Positions 18,297 through 29,390 are shown, counted from the stretch's first letter. The stretch is DNA of 64,000 bases from Ignavibacteriota bacterium (GCA_963801355.1 CAWDEM010000008.1:640001-704000); one strand, 5' to 3'. The notes: a model not told the origin generated them from the sequence alone. Program-made: numbers and translations.

Positions 18297-19513
18297 CAAG
18301 AAAACCTGATTGCTGTGACGGGATCCAGTCGCGACGCAAGACGGGCGGGTACGAGTGAACTCAGCAGGCACAGGCCGATGGTAATGGCGGAGACGATCGC
18401 GAAATCCCCCCATCGCATGAGAATCGGGACCGACGTCATGAAATAGATGTCGCTGGGCAACGACAGAAAGCCGAATCGCAGCTGTGCATAGCACAGCGTG
18501 AACGCGAGGAGGTTTCCCAGCCCCGTGCCGATCAACGCAATCGTCAAGCCCTGTCTGAGGAAAATCCTCGTGATCCCCCAGCGCGTTGCTCCCATGGAAG
18601 CCAGGACGCCGATTTCTCGTGTCTTGTCAAGGACCATCATCAGGAGTGTGCCGATGATATTCACGGTGGCCACAACGATAATCAAGCCGAGGATAATGGG
18701 GATCGGCTTCTTCTGCAGTTCAATCCAGCTGAACAGATTGCGGTAGCTTTCGAACACGGTGCGGGAATAGTGTGGATAGCCGAGCAAATTGGAAACGCGC
18801 TCGGAGATCGCGTCGGCGCTGTCCACGCGGCTGAGCTGCACATCATACCCGGTGACCGCATCCTTGATCTGGAAGAGCGATTGGGCATCACGAAGGTCGG
18901 TAAAGCCGTAGATGTCGTCATACTCTGCCATGCCGCTCTCATAGATTCCTGTCACGTGGAATTGCATCGCCCTGGCCTGTTTGCCTTCGAGCATCCTCCC
19001 GACACTGAAGATCACCGCCCGGTCACCGATATCCAGCGCCAGCCGGCCGGCAAGCTTGCGGCCGATGACCAGCTTGGCGCCGACGCCCTCCGTATGAGCG
19101 ATGTCGTAGCTGCCGGCCACCATATACTTGAGTGCAATGGTGTTCTCGATTGAGGGGTCGACCCCTTTCACAAAGATCCCGTCCACGCCTTCCCGGGACC
19201 GCACGAGCGCTTCCCGGGCGACATACGGAGACACCGACGTGATCACCGGGGAGAGCGCAGCGATACGCAGCCTGTTTTCCCGGAAGTTCCTGAGAGGCAG
19301 ATTCTGGTAGCCCACGATCTGCACGTGGCTGGTAAACCCCACGACTTTCTCGGTGATTTCCTTTTCGAAGCCGCCCAGGACGGAGAGTGCGATGATGAGC
19401 GTGGCGGTGCCCAGCATGACGCCCAGCACGGAGATTGCGGCAATGAATGAAAAGAAACCCGCATTCCGCTGGGAGCGCAGGTACCGCCGGGCTATCATGT
19501 CGCTATACGACAT
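18296..19513 (-). CDS. LolC/E-family ABC permease
   Basis: IARRYL, LGVMLG..LSVLGGF, DKTREIGVLASMGA, PARLASRLDP. Confidence 0.92.
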   Translation of the reverse strand: MSYSDMIARRYLRSQRNAGFFSFIAAISVLGVMLGTATLIIALSVLGGFEKEITEKVVGFTSHVQIVGYQNLPLRNFRENRLRIAALSPVITSVSPYVAREALVRSREGVDGIFVKGVDPSIENTIALKYMVAGSYDIAHTEGVGAKLVIGRKLAGRLALDIGDRAVIFSVGRMLEGKQARAMQFHVTGIYESGMAEYDDIYGFTDLRDAQSLFQIKDAVTGYDVQLSRVDSADAISERVSNLLGYPHYSRTVFESYRNLFSWIELQKKPIPIILGLIIVVATVNIIGTLLMMVLDKTREIGVLASMGATRWGITRIFLRQGLTIALIGTGLGNLLAFTLCYAQLRFGFLSLPSDIYFMTSVPILMRWGDFAIVSAITIGLCLLSSLVPARLASRLDPVTAIRFS

Positions 19514-19515
19514 GG

Positions 19516-20626
19516 TTACGCCGGGCTCCCCGGGCCATTGGCAAGAAGGAAACCCTTGATAAAATCGTCAAGGTCCCCGTCCATGACTCCCTGCACGTTA
19601 CTTGTTTCGACATTTGTACGGTGATCTTTCACCAGATTGTAGGGCTGGAACACGTAAGAGCGGATCTGGCTCCCCCACTCAATTTTCTTCTTTGAGCTCT
19701 CGATTGCGTCCCGCTTGGCTTCTTCCTCTTCTTTGCGCCTTTGGTAGAGCTGCGATTTCAGCATTTTCATTGCCCGTTCGCGGTTCTGGAACTGCGAGCG
19801 TTCCTGCTGGCAGGCCACGATAATGCCACTGGGGACGTGTGTGATACGGACCGCGGTTTCCACTTTGTTGACATTCTGTCCCCCCTTGCCGCCCGAGCGG
19901 TAGGTGTCGATCTTGAGATCCACCGAGTTCACCTCGATCTCCACGTCGTCTTCGATCTCGGGATAGACGTAGACGGAGGCGAACGATGTGTGGCGCCGGG
20001 CGTTGGAATCGAACGGCGAAATTCGCACGAGCCGGTGCACACCGTTCTCCGCTTTGAGATACCCATACGCGAATTTGCCGGTTACTTCCACCGTGGCGCT
20101 CTTGATTCCGGCTGAATCGCCGTCGAGACGATCGACGAGGGCGACGTTGAAGCCTTTCCGTTCGCACCAGCGAAGGTACATGCGGAGGAGCATTTCGCCC
20201 CAATCCTGGGCTTCCGTTCCTCCTGCCCCGGCGTGGATCGTGAGAATGGCATTGCGCCCGTCATCCTCACCGCTGAGCATATTGCGGAATTCCAGGTCAG
20301 CCAGACCCGTGGTCACTGCCTTCAATTCCGCGGCGATGTCAGTGGCGAGCGATTCGTCGTTTGACTCTTCCGCGATTTCCACAAACGTACGGGCATCCCC
20401 GAGGCGCTTGGCTAGGTTGTTCCAGGCATCCACCCACTCTTTGCGTCCGCTGATCTCCTGCATCACCTTTTGCGCGGTGGCGTTGTCATCCCAGAAGTGG
20501 GGTGCGTGGCTCTTTTCCTGAAGTTCTGCTACCGATTTTTCTTTTCCGTCGATGTCAAAGATACCTCCGGAGCGCCGTCAGCCGCTCGGTAAGTTCTTTG
20601 ATTTCTGCCTTTTGTTCGTCGAACAT
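19516..20626 (-). CDS. prfB: Peptide chain release factor 2 with a programmed +1 frameshift
   Basis: [23 protein letters not shown], then CTT TGA C and the +1 frame DIDGKEK...; GGQ motif (GGKGGQNVN), SPF motif. Confidence 0.96.
20554..20569 (-). promoter_or_regulatory. prfB autoregulatory frameshift site
   Basis: CGGAGG-TAT-CTT-TGA-C: internal SD-like sequence plus slippery CUU-UGA. Confidence 0.93.
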
Positions 20627-20704
20627 GAACCCTTCCGCTTTGAAAATTCCGTTTGCTGAATTAGGTGAATTGTGCAGGCTGACCGGCGGACAGGACCGGG
20701 AGCG

Positions 20705-22471
20705 TCACACAATCCTGATGTGGAGTTCACGCAACTGCTTCTCATCGACCGCACTTGGGGCCTCGTCCATGAGCGACACCGCATTTGCGGTTTTCGGGAA
20801 CGCCATCACGTCACGAATCGATTTCATCCCCGTCAGGATCATCACCAGACGGTCGAGCCCGAACGCAATGCCTCCATGAGGGGGAGCACCATAACGGAAT
20901 GCATTCAGGAGGAATCCAAATTTGTGCTCCGCCTCTTCCTGCCCAATACCCAGCAGCTCGAACATGCGGCTTTGCAGTGCCCGGTCATGGATCCTGATGC
21001 TTCCTCCCGCCACCTCCGTGCCATTCAACACGAGGTCATAGGCACGCGCACGCGCCTTGCCGGGGTCCGTCTCAAGCAATGGCGTGTCGTCGGGATTCGG
21101 CGATGTGAAGGGATGATGTACTGCTACAAATCGCTTCTCTTCCTCGCTGTATTCGACAAGGGGGAAATCGGTTACCCAGAGCAACTCAAGTTTATCCTCG
21201 GGCACAAGCTTAAGCCGGCGTCCCATCTCCAGGCGGAGGGTGCCGAGAATCGTGTAGGCTTTCGCCCACGCGTCCGACACAAGCAGCGCCAGGTCACCTT
21301 GCTTCCCACCCATCCCTTCCACAATACGCTGCAGCAGCTCCTTCCCCAGGAACTTTTCAATCGGGCACTCAATGCCGTTCCCGGTCCATTTGATGTACAC
21401 CAGACCGCCTGCTCCCAGGGTCTTGGTGTAGTCCACCAGGCCGTCGAGCTGGTTCCGTGACATGCCCGCTTCGCCCGGAACAATAAACCCGCTTACTACC
21501 CCGCCCTTCTTCACGACGTCCGAGAATACCCTGAAGCCCGATTCTCTCACCAGCTCATTCACGCAGGCGAGCTTGAGGCCGAATCTGGTGTCCGGTTTGT
21601 CGGTCCCGTACATCTCCATTGCCTCATGGAATGTAAGGCGTTGCAGCGGCAACTGCAGGCCGACACCCTGCAATTCCTTGAAAATCCGTTGCATGAGGCC
21701 TTCGGTGATGCTCCTGATATCCTCCTCGTCCACAAACGACATTTCCGCATCGATCTGTGTGAACTCGGGCTGGCGGTCGGCGCGCAGGTCTTCGTCTCGA
21801 AAGCACTTCACGATCTGCACATACCGGTCCATCCCGGAAACCATCAGAAGCTGTTTATATGTTTGCGGCGACTGAGGTAATGCGTAGAAGCGACCGCGGT
21901 GAACCCTGCTTGGAACCAGGTAATCGCGTGCTCCTTCGGGTGTGCTCTTCATCAGGATGGGGGTCTCGATCTCGATGAAGCCGTTTTCGTCGAAATATTT
22001 ATGCACAAGCTGATACAAACGGTGCCGGAACATCAAGTTTGCCTGGAGCATCGGGCGGCGCAGGTCGAGGTAGCGGTACTTCAACCGGAGATCCTCACCG
22101 GCCTCTACATCGCCGTCAATGGGAAACGGAGGAGTGTCCGCGCGACTCAGGATGGTCAGCGTCCCGGCCATCACATCGATTTCGCCGGTCGACATGTCCG
22201 GGTTGGTTGTGCCTTCGGGGCGGGTCTCCACGGTGCCCGTGACGGAGAGAACGAACTCGCTGCGGAGTTCCTTGGCGAGTTGATGCGCCTCTTCGTTGTG
22301 ACGGGGATTGAACACCACCTGGGTCTTGCCGTAGCGGTCACGGAGGTCGATAAAAATCACGCCGCCGAGGTCTCTGCGGACATCCACCCAACCGTTCAGG
22401 GTCACTGTTTTCCCGATGCTGTCAGCGCGGAGTTCACCGCACGTATGCGTACGTTTCGCAAAAGACGGCAC
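20705..22471 (-). CDS. aspS: Aspartate--tRNA ligase
   Basis: RTHTCGEL, FYALPQSPQ, FRDEDLRADRQPEFTQ, GAPPHGGIAFGLDR; GGAGG before the GTG at 22471. Confidence 0.97.
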   Translation of the reverse strand: MPSFAKRTHTCGELRADSIGKTVTLNGWVDVRRDLGGVIFIDLRDRYGKTQVVFNPRHNEEAHQLAKELRSEFVLSVTGTVETRPEGTTNPDMSTGEIDVMAGTLTILSRADTPPFPIDGDVEAGEDLRLKYRYLDLRRPMLQANLMFRHRLYQLVHKYFDENGFIEIETPILMKSTPEGARDYLVPSRVHRGRFYALPQSPQTYKQLLMVSGMDRYVQIVKCFRDEDLRADRQPEFTQIDAEMSFVDEEDIRSITEGLMQRIFKELQGVGLQLPLQRLTFHEAMEMYGTDKPDTRFGLKLACVNELVRESGFRVFSDVVKKGGVVSGFIVPGEAGMSRNQLDGLVDYTKTLGAGGLVYIKWTGNGIECPIEKFLGKELLQRIVEGMGGKQGDLALLVSDAWAKAYTILGTLRLEMGRRLKLVPEDKLELLWVTDFPLVEYSEEEKRFVAVHHPFTSPNPDDTPLLETDPGKARARAYDLVLNGTEVAGGSIRIHDRALQSRMFELLGIGQEEAEHKFGFLLNAFRYGAPPHGGIAFGLDRLVMILTGMKSIRDVMAFPKTANAVSLMDEAPSAVDEKQLRELHIRIV

Positions 22472-22613
22472 TGCAACCTCCATGGATTCCAAACCATTAA
22501 TATACCCAAAAGGCATCTGAGTATCAAACCACCCTCATGATAGTCATCGGGTTTCGTTGTGCTTCTCAGGGCTTTTCCCTACTTTATTTCATACCCCATT
22601 CATGCCGGCTTAC

Positions 22614-24689
22614 ATGCACAAGATTCTCATTCTCCTCCTCTTCGCCGCGGTCCACGGTATTGCGCAGGACGATACCGCGGAACAAGCCCGCCGCCGCACC
22701 GAAAACATCGAGATAATTCTCCGGATTCAGGACCGCCGTACCGTCCACGACGGTAAACTCATCGCGCTCCTTTCCGATGACCAACCTGCTGTGCGTCGCC
22801 GTGCGTATTTAGCTTTTGCGAGCATTCAGGATACCACCGCCCTCCCCATGCTCATCCGGGGCCTCATCGACCCCGAACCAGGCGTGCAGGAGGCTGCAGC
22901 CGTGGCGATCGGTCAGACCGGGGTTCTTTTGTCGGTCCCTCACCGCGCGGAGCTGGAGCATGACCTTATCTGGAACCGTCTTCACATGACACAGGTCCCT
23001 GACCGGTTAATCGAAGAGATCGGTAAATTCGGGACTGTTGACGGTCTGAAAGATCTCGTCATCCGCATCGGCAACGCGTATCCCCGCCGGTATGAGGGGG
23101 GCATGATCATGGGGATTGCCCGGTTTGCGATCCGCGGCATCATTGACCCGGGCGCGGTGCGGTATCTTCTGGTCAGTGCAAAAACAGACGAGCCGGTTCC
23201 CTGGGAGGCACTTTACGCATTGCAGCGCATCGGTGACGATCCCGAATCCAGGGCGGAGATGGAATATCTCGTGCAGCTCCGGAACGATCGGGACCCTCTC
23301 GTGCGGTTGAATCTTGCAGTGTTGCTGGGAAAGCTTCGCGATGTCCGGGTTGCCAGAGACCCTCTCATCCGCCTGGCCTCGTCCGACGATGACTGGCGCG
23401 TGCGCGTCTCTGCTCTCCGTTCTCTGGCCTTGTACCCGCTTGCCGCTGACCCGCAGGCGCTGGACATTTTCCGGAGGGCATTTTTCGACGGCAACATGCA
23501 TATCGTTCTCGCCGCGATTGCAGCGCTCCGGTCGTCGGATCTCACACCGGCCGACACCAGCGGTGCTGCGCGGGAGCTGCTGGATGAGCTGGTAGCCGTT
23601 GCCGCAAACGACGGGAATGCATTCCCCTGGCAACATCAGGCGGAAGCAGCTGCAACGCTCGCCTCACTGTTGCGATCCACGGCATTTCCCCACCTCGTTT
23701 ATTCCTCCTGGCCGAATGCGCATCTTCAAGCGGACGTCCTTCGTGCTCTCGGTGCAACCGGAGTCGAGGAATCTGCGATGCCTCTCCTCGCCGCGCTGGA
23801 TGATGACCGTGCAATCGTCCGTTGCGGGGCACTCGATGGGCTTGCCACGCTTGCGCGCTTGCGAACGGATGACCGTGCGCTCCGCAGAACCATTCGTTCA
23901 ATGCTTCCCGGGCTTTGTTCTTCCGGAGACGTAGCGGTGATTGCCACGGCGGCTGGGATGATGGCCGATTCGATTTTTGCCGATCCGAAGAGCACTCCGG
24001 ATCTCTTGCGTCTGGTGCCCGGGCTGCGGGGGCCGGACAATATCGAGGCTCTCCTCGAGGTGATCTCCGCCCTGGGTGAGCTGGGTGACAACCAGGCGGT
24101 TCCGCAACTCATTGACCTTCTGCAGGAATCGGAACGTCCTGTCGCCACGGAAGCGGCTGCTGCACTCCGGCGCTTGACGGGGACGGACTACTCCGCGAGA
24201 ATCAGTCAGCGCGAGCCCCTGTACACCGATTTTGATTTCGCCTACCTGCGTGCGCTTCCCGAGACCATTCGTGTGGTCATATCCACAGCGCGCGGCGATA
24301 TCACCGCGGAGTTGTACAAAGACCTCGCGCCGTTCACTATCATGAGCATGCTCAAGCTCTCCTCCCAGCGCGGCTTCTTTCGCGGCCTGACGTTTCACCG
24401 TGTTGTGCCGAATTTCGTCATCCAGGGAGGATGCCCGCGCGGCGACGGTTGGGGCGGTCCCGGTTACACGCTTCGCTCGGAGTTCTCAACGGTGCGCTTC
24501 CGTACCGGCACTATCGGCATTGCATCGGCGGGCAAGGATACCGAAGGTTCGCAGTTCTTCATCACGCACTCTCCCCAGCCGCACCTTGACGGACGCTACA
24601 CGATCATCGGGAACGTCATCGACGGTCAGCACGTTGTGGATGCACTCGAACGCGACGATCGTCTCTTTGATTTCCGGATTCAACCATAA
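22614..24689 (+). CDS. Exported HEAT-repeat protein with a C-terminal cyclophilin-type PPIase
   Basis: Signal peptide, multiple HEAT/PBS repeats (D..VR..A..AL), FHRVVPNFVIQGG...GSQFFIT..PHLDGRYT. Confidence 0.9.
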   Translation: MHKILILLLFAAVHGIAQDDTAEQARRRTENIEIILRIQDRRTVHDGKLIALLSDDQPAVRRRAYLAFASIQDTTALPMLIRGLIDPEPGVQEAAAVAIGQTGVLLSVPHRAELEHDLIWNRLHMTQVPDRLIEEIGKFGTVDGLKDLVIRIGNAYPRRYEGGMIMGIARFAIRGIIDPGAVRYLLVSAKTDEPVPWEALYALQRIGDDPESRAEMEYLVQLRNDRDPLVRLNLAVLLGKLRDVRVARDPLIRLASSDDDWRVRVSALRSLALYPLAADPQALDIFRRAFFDGNMHIVLAAIAALRSSDLTPADTSGAARELLDELVAVAANDGNAFPWQHQAEAAATLASLLRSTAFPHLVYSSWPNAHLQADVLRALGATGVEESAMPLLAALDDDRAIVRCGALDGLATLARLRTDDRALRRTIRSMLPGLCSSGDVAVIATAAGMMADSIFADPKSTPDLLRLVPGLRGPDNIEALLEVISALGELGDNQAVPQLIDLLQESERPVATEAAAALRRLTGTDYSARISQREPLYTDFDFAYLRALPETIRVVISTARGDITAELYKDLAPFTIMSMLKLSSQRGFFRGLTFHRVVPNFVIQGGCPRGDGWGGPGYTLRSEFSTVRFRTGTIGIASAGKDTEGSQFFITHSPQPHLDGRYTIIGNVIDGQHVVDALERDDRLFDFRIQP

Positions 24690-24697
24690 GGCATCTC

Positions 24698-27160
24698 ATG
24701 CGACATCAGCTCTTCACGGTTGTGGTGACGGCGGCGGCATGGCTCTTCTGGGGTTGTGGCGGCGGCCCGCAGTCACTCCTTCCCGGCAGACTCGATGACG
24801 GCACAATACTGCTCCCAAACGGCTGGCGCCTCTCTCCGGCGGGCACCCATGTCGATATCGGAGAATTACCGCTCAACACCGACCTCTCGCCCGACGGACG
24901 TACTGCCATCATCACCAACGACGGCACCTCCCGGCACTCGATATCTGTGGTCGATCTGGACCGTTGGGAAGTCACCGACACGATGACCATTCCCAAGGCC
25001 TGGCTGGGCATCAAGTTTGTCGATGACGGAAAGAAGTTTATCGTTTCGGGAGGAAACGACAACTGCGTGCGCATGTACCGGCTTCAGAGTGGGAAAGCGG
25101 TGAAGGACGACACGATATCCGTGGGGCTTCCGTGGCCAAAGGAGAAGATCTGGCTGGGCGGACTCGATGTAGATCCAGCCTCCTCCTTCGCATACGTCGC
25201 CGGAAAAGAAAACTGCCGTCTCTACGAGCTGGATCTCAACCTCAAAACCGTGCGGCGGAGCGTTCTCCTGCCCTCGATACCTTACGGTGTTCTCTTCGAC
25301 CGGCATGCGCGCGGCATCTGGGTCTCCCTCTGGGGAGGGAGCAGTGTTGTCCGCGTCGATGCGGCAACTCTCACAATTGCCGATTCCTTCAGAGTCGGCG
25401 ACCATCCATCGGCAATGGAACTCTCCTTGGACGGCTCACGGCTCTGGGTCACCAATTCGAATCACAACACGGTGTCGGTGATCGACATTGCCGGACGGAA
25501 AGTGGTGGAAACGCTCACGACTGCTCTTTCGCCCCAGGCGCCTCCGGGCAGCACTCCGAATGCCCTGGCGGTGGACAACGCCCGTCAGCGGCTCTACGTT
25601 GCGAATGCCGACAACAACTGTCTTGCCGTCTTCGATATATCAGTGCCCGGCCGTTCCCGCTCGATCGGCTTCATCCCTGTCGGGTGGTATCCGACATCGG
25701 TCAGTGTGCGGCCAGGCACAGGAGAACTACTCGTCACCAACGGCAAGGGGTTCACTTCCAGGGCGAATCCGCGCGGACCCAATCCCACCGTCCGGACGAA
25801 GGAGGAACAGTACATCGGGTCCATGTTCAGGGGTTCCCTTTCGCGCATTCCTCCGCCCGATGACACCGCACTCGCTGCGTATAGCGCCAGGGTTTATCAG
25901 AACAGCCGCTACACTGACAAGCGCAGCCAGCAGCCGGGAAACGATCCGACGAATCCGATCCCGGCGGCGACGGGGCCGGCAGTGCCGGGGGGCTCCTCCC
26001 CCATCAAGTATGTGTTTTACGTTATCAAAGAGAACCGGACGTACGATCAGGTCTTCGGAGATTTGCCGCAGGGGAATGGCGATCCAAAGCTCTGCCTGTT
26101 CCCTGAACAGGTCACACCGAATCTGCACGCCCTGGTGAAGGAGTACGTTCTGCTCGATAATTTCTATGCCGATGCCGAAGTGAGTGCGGACGGGCATAAC
26201 TGGTCGATGGGTGCTTATGCCACCGACTACACGGAGAAGACCTGGCCGACCCAGTACGGGGGGCGGGGGGGCGAGTACGTCTATGAGGGCGGTGCGCCGA
26301 TCGTCTTTCCGTCATCCGGCTACCTGTGGGACAATTGCCAGCGGAACGGAAAATCCTACCGGACGTACGGTGAATTTATGTTCAATCCGGTGACACCGGG
26401 CGACTCTGGACAGCCCGCGATGCCGTCGCTTGCCGGACACGTTGCGCCCTTCTACCGGGGGTGGGATCTCGCGTATTCCGACGTAGACCGCGTGAAGTCA
26501 TGGATGAAAGAGTTTGAAGAGTACGAGCGGACCGGGGACCTGCCGCAGTTCCAGATCGTTAAACTCCCCAATGACCACACTGAAGGGACGCGCTCCGGCT
26601 CCCTGACGCCTCGGGCTTTCGTAGCGCAGAATGATCTGGCCGTGGGCATGCTCATCGAGAGGATCAGCCACAGCAGGTTCTGGAAAGAGTCGGCGATCTT
26701 CATTGTCGAAGACGACGCGCAGAACGGCCCCGACCATGTGGATGCGCACCGCACGGAGGCGCTGGTGATCAGCCCCTACGCGCGTCGCGGAGCGGTTGAC
26801 AGCGAGCTCTACTCCACTTCCTCCATGGTGCGCACCATGGAGTTGATCCTCGGTATGCCGCCCCTCACACAGTATGACGCGGCTGCGACGCCCATGTATG
26901 CTTCGTTCATGGCCACGCCCGATTTGACTCCGTATACATGTCGTCCGGCGCGCCATGATCTCTTCGAACGAAATCCGGACAAAGCGGTCGGACAACTCCG
27001 CAGCAACGAACTGGACTTCAGCATTCAGGATGCGATTCCGGATGTGGAGTTGAACGAGATCATCTGGAAGTCATTGCACGGCGAGCACTCGGAAATGCCG
27101 GCGCCGGTGCGAAGTGCGTTCGTGCAGGTGCACGGAGGCGAAGAGGAGGAAGAAGACTGA
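24698..27160 (+). CDS. YncE/YVTN beta-propeller fused to a phosphoesterase (alkaline phosphatase superfamily); lipoprotein
   Basis: WGC lipobox, YVTN-like repeats (LWVTN, LYVAN), YVIKENRTYDQ, EVSADGH, EDDAQNGPDHVDAHR. Confidence 0.87.
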   Translation: MRHQLFTVVVTAAAWLFWGCGGGPQSLLPGRLDDGTILLPNGWRLSPAGTHVDIGELPLNTDLSPDGRTAIITNDGTSRHSISVVDLDRWEVTDTMTIPKAWLGIKFVDDGKKFIVSGGNDNCVRMYRLQSGKAVKDDTISVGLPWPKEKIWLGGLDVDPASSFAYVAGKENCRLYELDLNLKTVRRSVLLPSIPYGVLFDRHARGIWVSLWGGSSVVRVDAATLTIADSFRVGDHPSAMELSLDGSRLWVTNSNHNTVSVIDIAGRKVVETLTTALSPQAPPGSTPNALAVDNARQRLYVANADNNCLAVFDISVPGRSRSIGFIPVGWYPTSVSVRPGTGELLVTNGKGFTSRANPRGPNPTVRTKEEQYIGSMFRGSLSRIPPPDDTALAAYSARVYQNSRYTDKRSQQPGNDPTNPIPAATGPAVPGGSSPIKYVFYVIKENRTYDQVFGDLPQGNGDPKLCLFPEQVTPNLHALVKEYVLLDNFYADAEVSADGHNWSMGAYATDYTEKTWPTQYGGRGGEYVYEGGAPIVFPSSGYLWDNCQRNGKSYRTYGEFMFNPVTPGDSGQPAMPSLAGHVAPFYRGWDLAYSDVDRVKSWMKEFEEYERTGDLPQFQIVKLPNDHTEGTRSGSLTPRAFVAQNDLAVGMLIERISHSRFWKESAIFIVEDDAQNGPDHVDAHRTEALVISPYARRGAVDSELYSTSSMVRTMELILGMPPLTQYDAAATPMYASFMATPDLTPYTCRPARHDLFERNPDKAVGQLRSNELDFSIQDAIPDVELNEIIWKSLHGEHSEMPAPVRSAFVQVHGGEEEEED

Positions 27161-27191
27161 GGGCGGGATGTCCCGCCCCCGGGGGAAACCA

Positions 27192-28010
27192 CTAGTGCGG
27201 CTGTTGTGCCGCGTCCATGGCCCGGTAGTCCAGCTCCGAGCCAAGCACGCTGTGCGGGATCAGGAACACAGCAAGAACAACGAGAGCCGCACCCAGAGCC
27301 CAGCGGCCGGGGTACTTTGACTTGCGCATTGCGAACGCCGCAATGATCCAGGCGAGGACTGCAACGAAAGTTTTGTTGTCCGTGAGGTCGTGACCAAACG
27401 GCCAGCCCGTCCAATACGCATCGAAGGCATATTTCTGCACGATGGGACCGAGGATCAACCCGCCGACGGCAAGTACGCCGATGGTCCAGCCGACAAGCCG
27501 GCTGTAGCGCGGGGCGGGAGCAAACGCCTCCAGTCCCGCACGGGTGGACAACAGCATGCCGCCAAACATGGCGAGCACGTGGGGGATGAGCACAAAGAGC
27601 GGCACGTCGCCCTTGAAGCGGATGACGACTCCTCCTTCTTCAGGGACGAGTGCGGTTGACGTTCCCGACGTCAGCCGCACGCGATAATCCAGCTTCCCTG
27701 AGGGCGGCTGGTGCGGGAGCGTAGCGCGCACATTTCCGTCGCTGAAGGTCATCGGTGCTGCGTTCCAGGCATCTTCCGTGTTGTGGCGCTTCCATTCCAG
27801 CACGCCGCTCACATCCGGGTTCCCGGTTCTGACGATCACCTCATGATCCCCCTCTCCGCCGTGTGATCGATCGAAGCGATAGGCAACGTGTTGCCCGCCG
27901 ACGGTGAGACTTCCCGTCAGAGGGTACGTAGGTCCAGTCATGCGCTGGTACATGGCGATGGATGCGGTGAGAAGGAAAGCAATGACCCAGAGGACGGCGC
28001 TGCGGTTCAC
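27192..28010 (-). CDS. Hypothetical multi-TM membrane protein
   Basis: AGGAG-GTG start; N-terminal TM, soluble domain, then about 4 TM segments with WTGWPFGHDLTDNKT. Confidence 0.78.
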   Translation of the reverse strand: MNRSAVLWVIAFLLTASIAMYQRMTGPTYPLTGSLTVGGQHVAYRFDRSHGGEGDHEVIVRTGNPDVSGVLEWKRHNTEDAWNAAPMTFSDGNVRATLPHQPPSGKLDYRVRLTSGTSTALVPEEGGVVIRFKGDVPLFVLIPHVLAMFGGMLLSTRAGLEAFAPAPRYSRLVGWTIGVLAVGGLILGPIVQKYAFDAYWTGWPFGHDLTDNKTFVAVLAWIIAAFAMRKSKYPGRWALGAALVVLAVFLIPHSVLGSELDYRAMDAAQQPH

Positions 28011-28172
28011 CGATGCTCCTTTGCGCAAAGTGTCTGGAGATTGAGGTAGAGTGCGTATCAGTTCCCTGCCAATATAGCAAAAAACCCGGTTTCTTGCTTT
28101 CTTGGAGTCATTATGTTAGTATTTACTTTTACCTGTTCACTCCCCAACGCGCGTCAGGAGGCGCACTCCTTC

Positions 28173-29390
28173 ATGGGTATCAGTCAACTGGCACGTTCAA
28201 TCGCCGAATCCCCCACGCTGGCAATGAACGAGCAGGCACGTCTGCTCCGGGAGCGGGGTGAAGCCGTGATCCATCTTGGCGCCGGTGAGCCGAAAAACAG
28301 AGCGCCGATCAACGCCATTCTCTCCTCCGCGGCCAAACTCAACACGGGTGACATCAAGTACACGCCGACCGAGGGCATTCCGTCGCTCCGGAAGGCCATC
28401 ATTCGCTATACCGAGGAAAACTACGATCGGATTGTGGCACCGGAAAACGTTCTTGTCTCCGCCGGGGCGAAGCAGATTCTCTTCCAATTGCTGTTCACGT
28501 TGTTGAATCCCCAGGAAGAGGTCATCGTGCTGGCTCCCTACTGGGTGAGCTATCCCGAAATGATCAAGATGGTCTATGCGGTGCCGGTGATCGTGACGCC
28601 GGAAGACGGATCGTTCCATCCACGGATGGAAGACATCCAAAAGGCAGTCAGTTCCTACACGAAGGCCATCATCGTCAACAGTCCCAACAATCCCTCCGGC
28701 GTCATGTACAGTGCGGAGTTCATCGCGAGCATTGTCGAGTTCTGCGAGCGCAAAGGGATTTATCTGATCATGGACGATATCTACCACAAGCTGGTGTTCG
28801 ACGGGAAGGTCCCCGTGTCGCCGTACAAATACACCAGCAAGGATATCGAGAACACACATGTCATCAGCATCAACGGGATCTCCAAACTGTACGGCATGAC
28901 GGGCTTCCGCATCGGCTGGGTCGTCGCGCCGCGGAAGATCGTGCAGGTCATGACCAACGTGCAGGCGCAAACATCGTCCTGCACCTCGGTGATCCTGCAG
29001 GCGGCTGCAGAGGGGGCACTGACCGGATTGCAGAGCGTTGTCGAGACGCTCCGGTTGACGCTCGAGAACAACCGCAACGTCATGATGCAGGAACTGCATG
29101 CATTTTCCGGCATATCGATCACCAAACCTGACGGCACGTATTACTGTCTGCCCGACTTCCGCGCGTACAGCAAGGATTCCGTGAAACTCTCCAACTTCCT
29201 GCTGCAGAAAGCCCTCGTCGTGACGGTGCCGGGCAAGGAATTCGGCATGGAGGGACATCTCCGGCTGAGCTATGCGACGACCGTGAAGGACATCAAGCAA
29301 GGCCTTGAACGCATCAAGTGGGCCCTGGATCCCAATGCACCCAATGACATCTACATCGGCGAACGAAAACTGATCAGGGACTGGCTATGA
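28173..29390 (+). CDS. PLP-dependent class I aminotransferase (aspartate aminotransferase-like)
   Basis: GAKQ, NSPNNPSG, DDIY, SKLYGMTGFRIG, LRLSYA. Confidence 0.92.
   Translation: MGISQLARSIAESPTLAMNEQARLLRERGEAVIHLGAGEPKNRAPINAILSSAAKLNTGDIKYTPTEGIPSLRKAIIRYTEENYDRIVAPENVLVSAGAKQILFQLLFTLLNPQEEVIVLAPYWVSYPEMIKMVYAVPVIVTPEDGSFHPRMEDIQKAVSSYTKAIIVNSPNNPSGVMYSAEFIASIVEFCERKGIYLIMDDIYHKLVFDGKVPVSPYKYTSKDIENTHVISINGISKLYGMTGFRIGWVVAPRKIVQVMTNVQAQTSSCTSVILQAAAEGALTGLQSVVETLRLTLENNRNVMMQELHAFSGISITKPDGTYYCLPDFRAYSKDSVKLSNFLLQKALVVTVPGKEFGMEGHLRLSYATTVKDIKQGLERIKWALDPNAPNDIYIGERKLIRDWL

Noticed and set aside
19516-20626. prfB as a pseudogene or sequencing error
   Set aside because: The break is the canonical CTT-TGA-C programmed frameshift with its internal SD.
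20705-22471. Calling AspRS discriminating or non-discriminating
   Set aside because: The signature positions are mixed (RRDLGG with RPEG); this needs the asnS/gatCAB content of the genome.
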